Source of the DNA: an uncultured Bacillota bacterium
GTDB lineage: Bacteria; Bacillota; Clostridia; Christensenellales; Borkfalkiaceae
DNA: 56,002 nucleotides
Reading direction: 5' to 3'
Assembly (NCBI GenBank): GCA_949287105.1
Contig: CASEFE010000069.1
Span: 1 to 56,002, forward strand
Shown here piece after piece: positions 20,079 to 28,852 of this stretch (position 1 is its first letter; each line of letters starts with the position of its first letter). The notes beneath the pieces were generated by a model, which was given only the letters and a program-made list of their open reading frames with translations, was not told the origin of the DNA and searched no databases. Both the position numbers and the translations under genes were made by a program.

Positions 20079-20516
20079 TCAGAGATAGGTTTTGAGCGTT
20101 TCCTCGTAACCTTGTTCCAGCTGTAAAAGTTCTTCGGCGATCTTAACGATTTCTTCGTCGCTGTCGCGGCTCTCTCCGAGTGTACGTGAAAGTGCGGTGA
20201 TTCCCATGACCGTACCTTGCGTCAGCATTTCGGCGATATGTTCGTCGGAATCATCTTTGAGGGTGCTGATTTTGATCGAACTCCACATCATAGCTTTTTT
20301 GATCGGATTGGGTTCTTTGAGTTCGATTCCGTTATCGCGTGCATAGATAGCGGCCTTGCCGGAAATCTGTTCGTAGCCGTCGTGCATTTTTTTAAGTTCT
20401 TCGCGAAGTTTTTCGTCTTCGGTCTCCGGTAAAATATCCGCAATGGATTGAAGCGCATAATGCGTATTGCGGTAAATTTCAGCGAGTAATTCGCTTGCTT
20501 TTTTTACGTCTGCCAT
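20079..20516 (-). CDS. Conserved-looking helical (ferritin-like) hypothetical protein, probably spore-associated
   Basis: Strong RBS GGGAGGA; amphipathic helices (KAMMWSSIK, HIAEMLTQGTVMG); sigma-G-like promoter upstream. Confidence 0.75.
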   Translation of the reverse strand: MADVKKASELLAEIYRNTHYALQSIADILPETEDEKLREELKKMHDGYEQISGKAAIYARDNGIELKEPNPIKKAMMWSSIKISTLKDDSDEHIAEMLTQGTVMGITALSRTLGESRDSDEEIVKIAEELLQLEQGYEETLKTYL

Positions 20517-20543
20517 AAAATCCTCCCTGAATCGGTTTGCATA

Positions 20544-20573
20544 CAGTATGCGTTTTCGACTCTTTTTTTATGC
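20544..20573 (-). promoter_or_regulatory. Sigma-G/F-like forespore promoter
   Basis: Minus strand GCATA-18 nt-CATACTG. Confidence 0.55.
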
Positions 20574-20603
20574 GTGAAAATATTTTTTGTAAAGCAAAAT
20601 TGC

Positions 20604-20632
20604 TTGACAATTTTATTTCGGTATGGTAGGAT
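20604..20632 (+). promoter_or_regulatory. Sigma-A promoter of rplU-rpmA
   Basis: TTGACA-17 bp-TAGGAT with TGn. Confidence 0.7.
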
Positions 20633-20638
20633 AAATCC

Positions 20639-20712
20639 TGAGCCGCTCGGAGCGGGCTTTATAAGTGCGCGCAAATGCGTCGCCTAGCAAACGGCGAGAC
20701 TGGTTAGAGGAG
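20639..20712 (+). ncRNA. Ribosomal protein L21 leader (cis-regulatory RNA)
   Basis: 5' UTR of rplU with stems CCGCTCGGAGCGG and CGCC-TAGCAAAC-GGCGAG; position and layout match the Firmicute L21 leader. Confidence 0.65.
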
Positions 20713-20722
20713 GTAAAATCGT

Positions 20723-21028
20723 ATGTACGCAATCATCGAAAACGGGAACAAACAGTACAAAGTTTCAGAAGGCGACGTTGTTCGCGTTGAAAAGCTCAAT
20801 GCGGAAGTGGGAGCGACAGTTGAATTCAAAGTCGTTATGGTTTCCGCAGACGACGGGATCAAAGCTGGGGCAGATGTAGCGAACGCCAAAGTGACGGCGA
20901 AAGTCGAAGCGCAGGATAAGTTCAAAAAGATCATTGTCTTCAAGTACAAGCCCAAGAAGAACGAGCGTAAAAAGCAGGGCCATCGGCAGCCCTTTACTGC
21001 AGTGAAAATCGAAAAGATTTCGCTGTAA
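20723..21028 (+). CDS. rplU: 50S ribosomal protein L21
   Basis: [36 protein letters not shown]. Confidence 0.97.
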   Translation: MYAIIENGNKQYKVSEGDVVRVEKLNAEVGATVEFKVVMVSADDGIKAGADVANAKVTAKVEAQDKFKKIIVFKYKPKKNERKKQGHRQPFTAVKIEKISL

Positions 21029-21052
21029 TCAGGCAACAGGAGGAAAAATAAA

Positions 21053-21331
21053 ATGATTCTTATCAATTTATTTGCTCATAAAAAAGGAACGGGATCTTCG
21101 CACAACGGGCGTGACAGCGAGGCAAAACGTCTTGGCGTAAAGCGTTCAGACGGTCAGGAAGTGCTTGCCGGCAACATTCTTGTTCGGCAGCGCGGCACGA
21201 AGTTCCATCCCGGCAACAATGTCGGCATCGGCAAAGACGATACGCTTTTTGCTTTGGTTGACGGTGTTGTGAAATTCGAAAGATTGGGCAGAGACAAAAA
21301 GCAGGTAAGCGTCTACGAGAAGGCGCAGTAA
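21053..21331 (+). CDS. rpmA: 50S ribosomal protein L27 with N-terminal extension
   Basis: [41 protein letters not shown]. Confidence 0.97.
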   Translation: MILINLFAHKKGTGSSHNGRDSEAKRLGVKRSDGQEVLAGNILVRQRGTKFHPGNNVGIGKDDTLFALVDGVVKFERLGRDKKQVSVYEKAQ

Positions 21332-21332
21332 C

Positions 21333-21366
21333 AAAAACCGCTCCGAACATTCGGGGCGGTTTTTTT
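21333..21366 (+). terminator. Intrinsic terminator after rpmA
   Basis: AAAAACCGCTCCGAA / TTCGGGGCGGTTTTTTT. Confidence 0.85.
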
Positions 21367-21447
21367 ACAAAGTAAAAATCACCAACTATGTTGGTAGTTT
21401 ACGGCTTTTGCTGTTAAAGTTGTCCGGTTTTCAAAAAAGTTTTTATG

Positions 21448-21620
21448 TATGAAATGGAGTGAGGCTGGAAAAGGTACGAAATAAGCACATATTTGTTATA
21501 AACCGAATGAGGCTGGAAACGGCATGCTGGCAAGCTATGTTTTTTATAAACCGAGTGAGAATCAAAATCGCACGTAAGTAAGCATAAAAGATGTCATCGC
21601 TGTAAGATCAAACCGAGTTC
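21448..21620. repeat. Degenerate ~48-bp tandem repeat (3 units plus a partial fourth)
   Basis: Units start at 21448, 21497 and 21545 with consensus about TATAAACCGAGTGAGGCTGGAAA..AAGC; AAACCGAGT recurs at 21610. Confidence 0.6.
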
Positions 21621-21723
21621 AGTTTTGCACAAACAAAGTGGAGATATCAATATTCCTTTGCCTTTACTTGCAATTTTATAGCGCGGTTGCCTTTGAGGTA
21701 AGACGATTTTTTTAATAAGAATA

Positions 21724-21752
21724 AGTGCCCCCGCGATTTTCGCGGGGGCACT
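21724..21752. terminator. Hairpin, likely terminator of the minus-strand ORF
   Basis: AGTGCCCCCGCGA / TCGCGGGGGCACT. Confidence 0.7.
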
Positions 21753-21756
21753 GTAT

Positions 21757-22180
21757 TTAGGAAATGTGCGAATATTTCCAATTGTTCAGATCCGGTAAAG
21801 TGTTTTTTTCGATGAGATCGATAAAAATCTGCTTTCTTTCGGTAAAATCAGCCATTTCGTAAGTATATAAGCTCAAAGTGTCATCGTTTTTGTACTTTGA
21901 AAATCCAAGAATGAAACAATTTGTTTTCAAGGTATGCGAAAAGATTAAAGCGGATCTTGTGAAAAACCGAAAGCTCGTCCGTTCCCGAAACGGGAGGAAG
22001 CATATTGATGATGTCTGCACGCTCTTTCTTCGTCTGATCGAAAGAGGATTTGAGTAACTGAAATTGCGAGGCAAGATCGTCGAGCGAATTAAGTTCACGC
22101 CCGTGCTTTCGTACTTCATTTTCATCCGATGAATCAATTGAGATCGGATCAAAGCGATAATAGAATTTTTGGTCTGTCAT
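21757..22180 (-). pseudogene. Probable frameshifted hypothetical gene (two overlapping ORFs)
   Basis: ORF 22180-21881 reads protein-like up to ..AYLEN; ORF 22152-21757 reads protein-like from CFILGFSK.. to a stop right at a terminator. Confidence 0.4.
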
Positions 22181-22238
22181 GCCGTTCTTCGGTCAGAATT
22201 TTGTTTGGTAAAAATGAGTTGTGTCGCTCCAATAAATA

Positions 22239-22270
22239 AACGGAGACAGATCATAGATTCTGTCTCCGTT
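22239..22270 (-). terminator. Terminator hairpin
   Basis: AACGGAGACAGA / TCTGTCTCCGTT. Confidence 0.7.
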
Positions 22271-22286
22271 CAGATAGCGTTGAAAA

Positions 22287-22589
22287 TTATTTGATCAATC
22301 CGATGAGATTTTCGTATGTTCCGGGGAAGAACAAAAATACGACGATCAGTGCCAGCAAGGCGATAAAAATAATCTGAAAAAGAAAATTTCTCTTTGCCAT
22401 TGCTTCAAGGCCGACCACGGCGATCAGAACGAGCGAGCCGTAGGTACGGATCACTTCAAATACGTTGAGCACGGAGTCGGGCAAAAAGCTGAAATTTGCA
22501 TTGATAATGAGCAACGCAAATACTACGACCAACACTACAGCGAGAATTTCGCCGATAATATCAAATACTTTTTCCAAACCTTTGAACAT
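22287..22589 (-). CDS. Small 3-TM membrane protein, function unknown
   Basis: Perfect RBS AAGGAGGT; three hydrophobic segments; own terminator. Confidence 0.8.
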   Translation of the reverse strand: MFKGLEKVFDIIGEILAVVLVVVFALLIINANFSFLPDSVLNVFEVIRTYGSLVLIAVVGLEAMAKRNFLFQIIFIALLALIVVFLFFPGTYENLIGLIK

Positions 22590-22698
22590 TTTTTAACCTC
22601 CTTATTCCGCCGATAGCGGTAAGGACATTGTATCTTAAAAAATTTATTTTGTCAACCTTTTGAAAAAATAAAGGATAGGAGGGAATTGTCCGAAAAAA

Positions 22699-23253
22699 TC
22701 ATTCTCTGAAACGTTTTCTTTTTGCTCTTTTGAAAGCGTTTAAGCCGTCCGCTTTGGCGATGACATCGTTGAGGTCAATATCATTTCCTTCTTCATCTTT
22801 GGGGATCGTAGGGATAAAGACGCGTCGGCCGAACCCGTTGGCATATTTATGTTCAAAAAATTCGGCAAGCACGTTGACAAACAGACCCCACAGAAGAAAG
22901 GGTATGGTAATGATGGCAATTGCCAAAGAAAAGGCGTTTGTATCGTACACAGCGGAAAGAACAAGCCCGATCGAGATAGCCGAAGAGAGAAGTTGTGCGA
23001 TATATTTTGCCATTTTAATAAAGCGATGCAGTTTCGGGCGGGATGCGTTTTTCAGGTTAATGCGGTAGCTTAAAAAAGTGATGGTTGCGGAAAGCGCAAA
23101 AGTTGTCGCGATGAGTATGAGAAGAGCGATGCTGAGCGCGTTGCGGAAAGTCTTGTAATAAAAGACTGCGTAGATCGCATACGCGGCATATCCGGCAAAA
23201 AATATACAGCTTAGAATAAATCTTGATCTTTTTAATTTGTGTTTTATATCCAT
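22699..23253 (-). CDS. 4-TM membrane protein, function unknown
   Basis: 184-aa ORF, four hydrophobic segments, charged C-terminal tail, RBS AAGGA. Confidence 0.7.
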   Translation of the reverse strand: MDIKHKLKRSRFILSCIFFAGYAAYAIYAVFYYKTFRNALSIALLILIATTFALSATITFLSYRINLKNASRPKLHRFIKMAKYIAQLLSSAISIGLVLSAVYDTNAFSLAIAIITIPFLLWGLFVNVLAEFFEHKYANGFGRRVFIPTIPKDEEGNDIDLNDVIAKADGLNAFKRAKRKRFRE

Positions 23254-23411
23254 ACAAATTGTTTTTCCTTCTTGTGGAATATACTATACACGGATTTTTT
23301 GAAATTTGCAAATCATTTTAAGGATTTGAACGGAAAAAGGCTATAAGAGAATTTGCAAACGGGTTGATGTACATGGTATAATAAAAGCGGAAAGTATATG
23401 GGAGAGACGGC

Positions 23412-24245
23412 ATGAAAGAAAAAATATTGAACGCGGAATATTTCGATCCTTATTCGACGCTATCTTGCGGACAAACTTTCCGTTGGTTTGCGGAAGGCGA
23501 TGGTTGGATCGTGATATCCGGCGATCGTGCATGTTTTATAGAAAAAAAGGATCATCATGTTTTTTTGAAATTTTCGGAAGACGATGAAGAGTATTTTTGC
23601 CGTTATTTCGATTTAGAACGTTCATACAGTGAAATTGTGCACCGTGCCTGCACCCATAAGGCCTCGTTTTTGGCGAAGGCAGTGGGGGAAGGGAGAGGGA
23701 TCCGAATACTCAATCAGGATCCGGAAGAGATGATTTTTACTTTTTTGCTGTCACAAAACAACAATATACCGCGAATCCGTTCAATGGTGGAAAAATTATG
23801 TGAGGCGTTGGGCAGGGAATGTTTTTTTGAAGGAAAGAAATATTTTTCTTTTCCGTCGGCACAACGGATTGCCGAAAAAAACGCCGATTTTTTTCGAGAG
23901 ATGGGCTTTGGATACCGAGCGGATTACATAGCCAAAACAGCAAAAAAAATGGCAGATACGGACAGTCAAGATTTGCATAAGCTTGCCACATCGGCTTTGC
24001 GTGAAAAATTGTGTACTTTTGCCGGTATCGGGCCGAAGGTGGCGGACTGCATTTTATTGTTCGGGTTTCACCGTACCGATGTATTTCCGGTCGACACCTG
24101 GATAGAGAAAGTGTACCGCGATGAGTTCGGCGGGCAGGAAAAGGACAGAAATAAAATTTCGGCGTATTTTACCTCTATGTTTCAGGAAGACAGCGGTTAC
24201 ATCCAGCAATATTTGTTTTACGCAAAGCGGGAAGGAAAACTTTGA
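23412..24245 (+). CDS. ogg: 8-oxoguanine DNA glycosylase (OGG1-like, HhH-GPD)
   Basis: TLSCGQTFRW, GIRILNQDP, SQNNNIPRI, GFGYRA, GIGPKVADCILLF, FPVDTW, GYIQQYLF. Confidence 0.9.
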   Translation: MKEKILNAEYFDPYSTLSCGQTFRWFAEGDGWIVISGDRACFIEKKDHHVFLKFSEDDEEYFCRYFDLERSYSEIVHRACTHKASFLAKAVGEGRGIRILNQDPEEMIFTFLLSQNNNIPRIRSMVEKLCEALGRECFFEGKKYFSFPSAQRIAEKNADFFREMGFGYRADYIAKTAKKMADTDSQDLHKLATSALREKLCTFAGIGPKVADCILLFGFHRTDVFPVDTWIEKVYRDEFGGQEKDRNKISAYFTSMFQEDSGYIQQYLFYAKREGKL

Positions 24246-24333
24246 AAATTATAAAGTACCAATGCGGCATTTATTATAAGCAAAAAGAAGGGAAATTTTA
24301 TAAAATTGTTTCGGTAAAAACTTAGTACGGCAG

Positions 24334-24376
24334 AAAATGCGCGGGGCGCCTCTTTTTGAGGCGCCCCGCGCATTTT
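24334..24376. terminator. Bidirectional terminator between convergent genes
   Basis: Perfect 19-bp inverted repeat AAAATGCGCGGGGCGCCTC / GAGGCGCCCCGCGCATTTT. Confidence 0.8.
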
Positions 24377-24438
24377 GAAGTTTGGAAATTTTAAAAGTAA
24401 ACAAGAAATCCAAGCATAAATTTTCTGTTTACAAAAAA

Positions 24439-25164
24439 TCAAAGACGGCGTCCGTGTGATTGTAAATGCGAAAGAAATTTTTGAACAGAAGTATTGAGAA
24501 TCAGTTCTTGCGGAAAATTTTCCTCTTCGATGAGCTTTTGCGCATAGGTGAAATCTCCGATCTGATGTCCGCCGTGGCTATCGGAGCCGAGAGAGACAAA
24601 AACGTCAAATTTTCTGCACAGGCGTAAAAGTTCGCGGTCGCGGTTGGCGGCATCGCCCCGATAGCCGCCGGGAGTAAGCGATGCGTTGTTCATTTCGATG
24701 GCGGTACCGGTTTGGGCGCAGGCACAAACGAGATCTTTGGGCAAGAGGGGATATTTCTCATCGTCCGGATGTCCGACGATATCCGCGCGGGCGCGGCGTA
24801 TGGCTGAAATCAATGCTGCCGTATTTTCTTCTGCACTTTTCGGTTTAAAGCAGGGCGGGTGTTGGCTAACAATGACGATTTGCATTTCATCGATCAAATC
24901 ATCGCTAAGTCCAAGTTTTCCGTTTTCCATTACGTCAACTTCCGCACCGTACAAAATCTGAACACCCATGCGTTCACGTTCGCAGTATTTGAGGCTGCGA
25001 AAATAGTTTTCGTTTGCCGATCCGGGAATGGAAGGCGAATGGTCGGTAACGCAAAAGAGAAGCAATGCGCGTTCTTTTGCCGCGCGTGCAAGATCGGTTA
25101 CCGTATCCGTTGTAAAATGTCCGCTCGCAATGGTATGTGCGTGTGTGTCTAAAACATATTTCAT
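24439..25164 (-). CDS. PHP-domain phosphatase (YcdX-like)
   Basis: DTHAHTIASGH, TDHSP, GAEV, GHPDD, EMNNAS, GSDSH. Confidence 0.88.
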   Translation of the reverse strand: MKYVLDTHAHTIASGHFTTDTVTDLARAAKERALLLFCVTDHSPSIPGSANENYFRSLKYCERERMGVQILYGAEVDVMENGKLGLSDDLIDEMQIVIVSQHPPCFKPKSAEENTAALISAIRRARADIVGHPDDEKYPLLPKDLVCACAQTGTAIEMNNASLTPGGYRGDAANRDRELLRLCRKFDVFVSLGSDSHGGHQIGDFTYAQKLIEEENFPQELILNTSVQKFLSHLQSHGRRL

Positions 25165-25211
25165 AAAATATCCAAAGAGATAAATCATTTGTTCGGCATA
25201 GCTGCCGGTTT

Positions 25212-25769
25212 TTATTGATTTGAATTTTTATCTTCCGGGGAATTTTCCTGCTTTACCTCAGCGTTTGCATCCGTGGCGGCATATTCCGAAACCGGTTTAT
25301 TTTTCCGAAAAATCAGAAATTTACGAGTCAGGTAATTGTAGACGAGCACAACGATCGTAAGAATGATCTTGATGATCCATTCATTTATATGGAGCAGGTC
25401 GAATCCGATATACATCCCGAGAAGATGAATGGCAAGCCCCCCTGCGGAAAGCAGAGAAAAAAGCAAAAATCCGCCCAACGTTTTCGAATTTCCCTTTTCT
25501 TTATAAACAAAAAGAACGGAAAATATGTAATTGAAGGCAAGCCCTACAAGAAATCCGGCGCCCGTCCCTAAAACGGTGGCCAGCGTCGAAGGTTCGGAAA
25601 TCCCTCCGAAAAAGACGGACAGGAAGTTGGGGTAAATCTCCGGTGCTGCGATATAAAGAACGGCGCTCATTGTGAGAAAATCGACAACGGTGGCACCGCC
25701 GCCCACAATCAGAAACCGAAAAATTTCGCGCAAGAGCGCATTGTTCCAAAGCTTTTTAATAAGAGTCAT
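25212..25769 (-). CDS. GtrA-family undecaprenyl-phosphate-sugar flippase
   Basis: RFLIVGGGATVVDF, FNYIFSVLFVY, KIILTIVVLVYNYLTRKFLIF. Confidence 0.85.
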   Translation of the reverse strand: MTLIKKLWNNALLREIFRFLIVGGGATVVDFLTMSAVLYIAAPEIYPNFLSVFFGGISEPSTLATVLGTGAGFLVGLAFNYIFSVLFVYKEKGNSKTLGGFLLFSLLSAGGLAIHLLGMYIGFDLLHINEWIIKIILTIVVLVYNYLTRKFLIFRKNKPVSEYAATDANAEVKQENSPEDKNSNQ

Positions 25770-25988
25770 TGGTATATTCTCCCGAAAAAACTGTGGCAAA
25801 ACGGAAGAAAAAAGAAAAATCAAATCATTTTCTTCCGTTAAAATGCGCCGCAGTCAAGGATTTTTTTCGTATCCGCAAATCGGGGATATGCGTGAAACGC
25901 TTTTTATTATACGAAGTTTCAAATTTCCTGTCAATATATTTTTGTTGGAAAGATATTGAAATCGTTGTGAAAAAACTGTTTGAATCGC

Positions 25989-28625
25989 TTAATTTTCTTT
26001 ATCGTCGTCAAGCAAAACTTTTTCTATGATGAAGGAAGGTCTGTGTTTGGATTCCATATAGTTTTTACCGACATAAGCACCGGTAATTCCGATGGCAAAA
26101 AGAATCAGCCCTGTAAACAGTGCCATTGCGGATAAGAGAAGTGCCCATGATCCGACTATCCCGACTCCGAAAAGTACGGCCGTTGTCACCGTTGCAACAA
26201 AGCCGAGCAAAATCATGACCAAAGAAAGGGTAAGGATCAGTTGCAAGGGTTTGACAGAGAAAGAAGTGATCCCCTCAAAAGCAAACGAAAGCATTTTTTT
26301 AAGGGGATATTTACTTTCGCCGGCGAACCGTTCGGCGCGTTCATAATATACTTTCGAAGAAGGATATCCGACGAGGGGAACAATGCCTCGCAAAAACAAA
26401 TTGACTTCTTTGAATTGCAGCAAACCTTCCACAGCACGTTTGCTCATCAGTCTGTAATCGGCGTGGTTAAAAACGATGTCAACGCCCATTGATTTCATGA
26501 TTTTATAAAATCCTTCGGCCGTTGCGCGTTTGAAAAAGGAATCTGTTTTTCGGGAACTGCGTACGCCGTAAACGACATCATAACCATTTTCGTATTCGTC
26601 GAGCATCCGATCTACGGCGTCGATATCGTCTTGGAGGTCGGCATCCATGGAAATTGTCAGATCGGCGAAACGAACGGCAGTAAAAAGTCCTGCAAGCAGT
26701 GCATTTTGATGCCCGCGATTCCGAGATTCTTTCACGCCCGAAAACATAGGATCTTGTTTATGAAGATCGGAAATAATTTCCCATGTTTTGTCTTTGGATC
26801 CGTCGTCGACAAACAAGATGCGGCTTTTTTCAGAAACGCGGCCCGTTTCGATCAGTGTTTTAAGCTTTTTGGAAAGTCTTGCAGACGTTTCGGGCAAGAT
26901 AGCTTCTTCATTATAACAGGGAATTATAAAATAAAGGATTCGATTCATGGGATTTACTCCTGTTCCGGCGATCCGCGTGCAATGCGGAAGGCGGATCTGT
27001 TGATTTTCTGATTGTTGATTTTTTGTTTTCGGAAATTGCCTTATCGCACCCTCTAAGGTCTGACGATCTTTTTGAAGCGAATACTCTTTGGCGGATTTCA
27101 ATCCGAGGCCGGAAAGCAAAATAAAATAGGGCATAAACAATAAAATATAGCGTGTCCGGCATTCAAAAAGCATTAAAAATGCGGCGAGCATCAAGAGTGA
27201 AAGAGTCAAAAAAGCGACCGATCTATCTTGATTTTTGCGGCGAAGAACAAGAGGAAGGCAGGTCAGAAGTACAAAGTAGTGCAGACTCTGAGACAGTAGA
27301 ACGTGAACTTTATAGGCCATTGAAGAGTCAGTACCATACCAAAAGCTTCTTAAAGCGGCGGAAAAGTTTCCCAGCGGCAGGGGAGGAATATACGTAAAAA
27401 ACACGCCTTCTTCGCCCCAGAAGTACATTTCCTGGCTGTAATTGAGGATATTCTTTTTGAATAGAAGTTCGAAATACCCTAAAAATCCGTAAGAAGAAAG
27501 CCGTTCGAGATATCGTCCCCAATCTGCGCGAAAACGCTCGGCATCGGTGGTGAAAGATGCAGAAAAATTCACATCTTCTTCAAGATACATCCCTGTATTT
27601 TTTGTATTTGCGCCCATCATCAGGAAGTGTAAAAAGGAAAATTCCTGATTCGGCACCAATTCAAAAGGTAATAAAGAGATCGATAAACCGACAAGCAAGG
27701 TCGAACAAAATACGCCGAGAAGTACAAAAAGAATTTCAACTACTCGATCCAACCGATCATTCAAAGTCAATAACCGCCAGATCTCAATGATAATGAAGGC
27801 AAGAAGAACAAATATTACGGTAGGCTTGATTTTATACCCTAAAAATACAACCAGACCGAAGCCAAAAAGTCTTAAATAATTTTTCCAGGGGGTTGCCGGA
27901 TGTATGGAATATAAAAGCAAGAGCAATGTTGTAAAAAACAGCCCGAAGGTATCGGAATAGGGAATGCTTGCCCAACCGGAAGCGGTGATCAAAAGTGTAT
28001 ACGCGATCCAGCAATACAATGCTGTTTTGGAATTATTTGCAATGTTGTTTGCGGCAAAGGCAAGAAAAACTCCGCCGAGATTGATCACGATACAATTTGT
28101 AATTACAAGTCCGAAGTAAGCATCGATACCGAATACTGCCCAGAAACGGATAATCTCTACAAACAAAGAAAGCAAGAACAGGTTATTCGGATATCGCGAA
28201 TAATACCAGGCGAGGTCGCCGCCGGGTTCTACGGGAATACCGGCCGCTATCTGTTTCGCATGGGAGATGATCAGCCCGGCGTCCCATCCCGTTTCAAAAT
28301 AGATATTGTAAAACAAAAATATTTGTGCGGCGAGCAACAGGATATCGGCAATCGTAAAAAAGATCAGAAATTTTTTTCCTTTAAATTGAAAGTTCGGAAT
28401 TTTTATCTTCCGTACCAGGAAATAAAACAATAGGAATGCGGCTATGATCCCGGCAAACAGAAATAAAGTATAGGGCGGTATTGTTTCAAACCGGTCTGTT
28501 CGCGAAAATTTAAGATTGACCAGCTGTGCAAAAGCAATGGATAAAATTGTCAAGGCAAGATAGGCAAAAAATATGGTAAAAATAATTTTATAGAAAATAT
28601 TTTCCCTTGATTTGTTCATAGGCAC
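25989..28625 (-). CDS. Fusion of a polytopic GT-C-like membrane glycosyltransferase (N-terminal ~520 aa) with a GtrB/DPM1-like GT2 (starting at 26948)
   Basis: N part: GWDAG, YYSRYPNN, IPYSDT, KIKPT, FECRTRY, many TM; C part: IIPCYNEE, VDDGSKD, RNRGHQNA, MDADLQDD, ERFAGESKY and 2 TM. Confidence 0.85.
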   Translation of the reverse strand: MPMNKSRENIFYKIIFTIFFAYLALTILSIAFAQLVNLKFSRTDRFETIPPYTLFLFAGIIAAFLLFYFLVRKIKIPNFQFKGKKFLIFFTIADILLLAAQIFLFYNIYFETGWDAGLIISHAKQIAAGIPVEPGGDLAWYYSRYPNNLFLLSLFVEIIRFWAVFGIDAYFGLVITNCIVINLGGVFLAFAANNIANNSKTALYCWIAYTLLITASGWASIPYSDTFGLFFTTLLLLLYSIHPATPWKNYLRLFGFGLVVFLGYKIKPTVIFVLLAFIIIEIWRLLTLNDRLDRVVEILFVLLGVFCSTLLVGLSISLLPFELVPNQEFSFLHFLMMGANTKNTGMYLEEDVNFSASFTTDAERFRADWGRYLERLSSYGFLGYFELLFKKNILNYSQEMYFWGEEGVFFTYIPPLPLGNFSAALRSFWYGTDSSMAYKVHVLLSQSLHYFVLLTCLPLVLRRKNQDRSVAFLTLSLLMLAAFLMLFECRTRYILLFMPYFILLSGLGLKSAKEYSLQKDRQTLEGAIRQFPKTKNQQSENQQIRLPHCTRIAGTGVNPMNRILYFIIPCYNEEAILPETSARLSKKLKTLIETGRVSEKSRILFVDDGSKDKTWEIISDLHKQDPMFSGVKESRNRGHQNALLAGLFTAVRFADLTISMDADLQDDIDAVDRMLDEYENGYDVVYGVRSSRKTDSFFKRATAEGFYKIMKSMGVDIVFNHADYRLMSKRAVEGLLQFKEVNLFLRGIVPLVGYPSSKVYYERAERFAGESKYPLKKMLSFAFEGITSFSVKPLQLILTLSLVMILLGFVATVTTAVLFGVGIVGSWALLLSAMALFTGLILFAIGITGAYVGKNYMESKHRPSFIIEKVLLDDDKEN

Positions 28626-28787
28626 CTTGCAAACTTCTTCGACAAAAATAATTTATTGTAAGTATAACACGAAATGTAAGGAAAAGCAACGAAATTTTTA
28701 TTCAAGGAAAATTTTGTGATTTGTACACCAATCCCACACAACACAACAAAATTTTTTCAAAAAACCACATTTTTTTGCGTATAGGTA

Positions 28788-28816
28788 TTGACAGTTGTGT
28801 TGATTTGTACTATAAT
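28788..28816 (+). promoter_or_regulatory. Sigma-A promoter P1 of the BMC locus
   Basis: Consensus TTGACA-17 bp-TATAAT. Confidence 0.8.
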
Positions 28817-28852
28817 AAAATTGTATCATGGTATAAAAACGGAGGAACGGCA

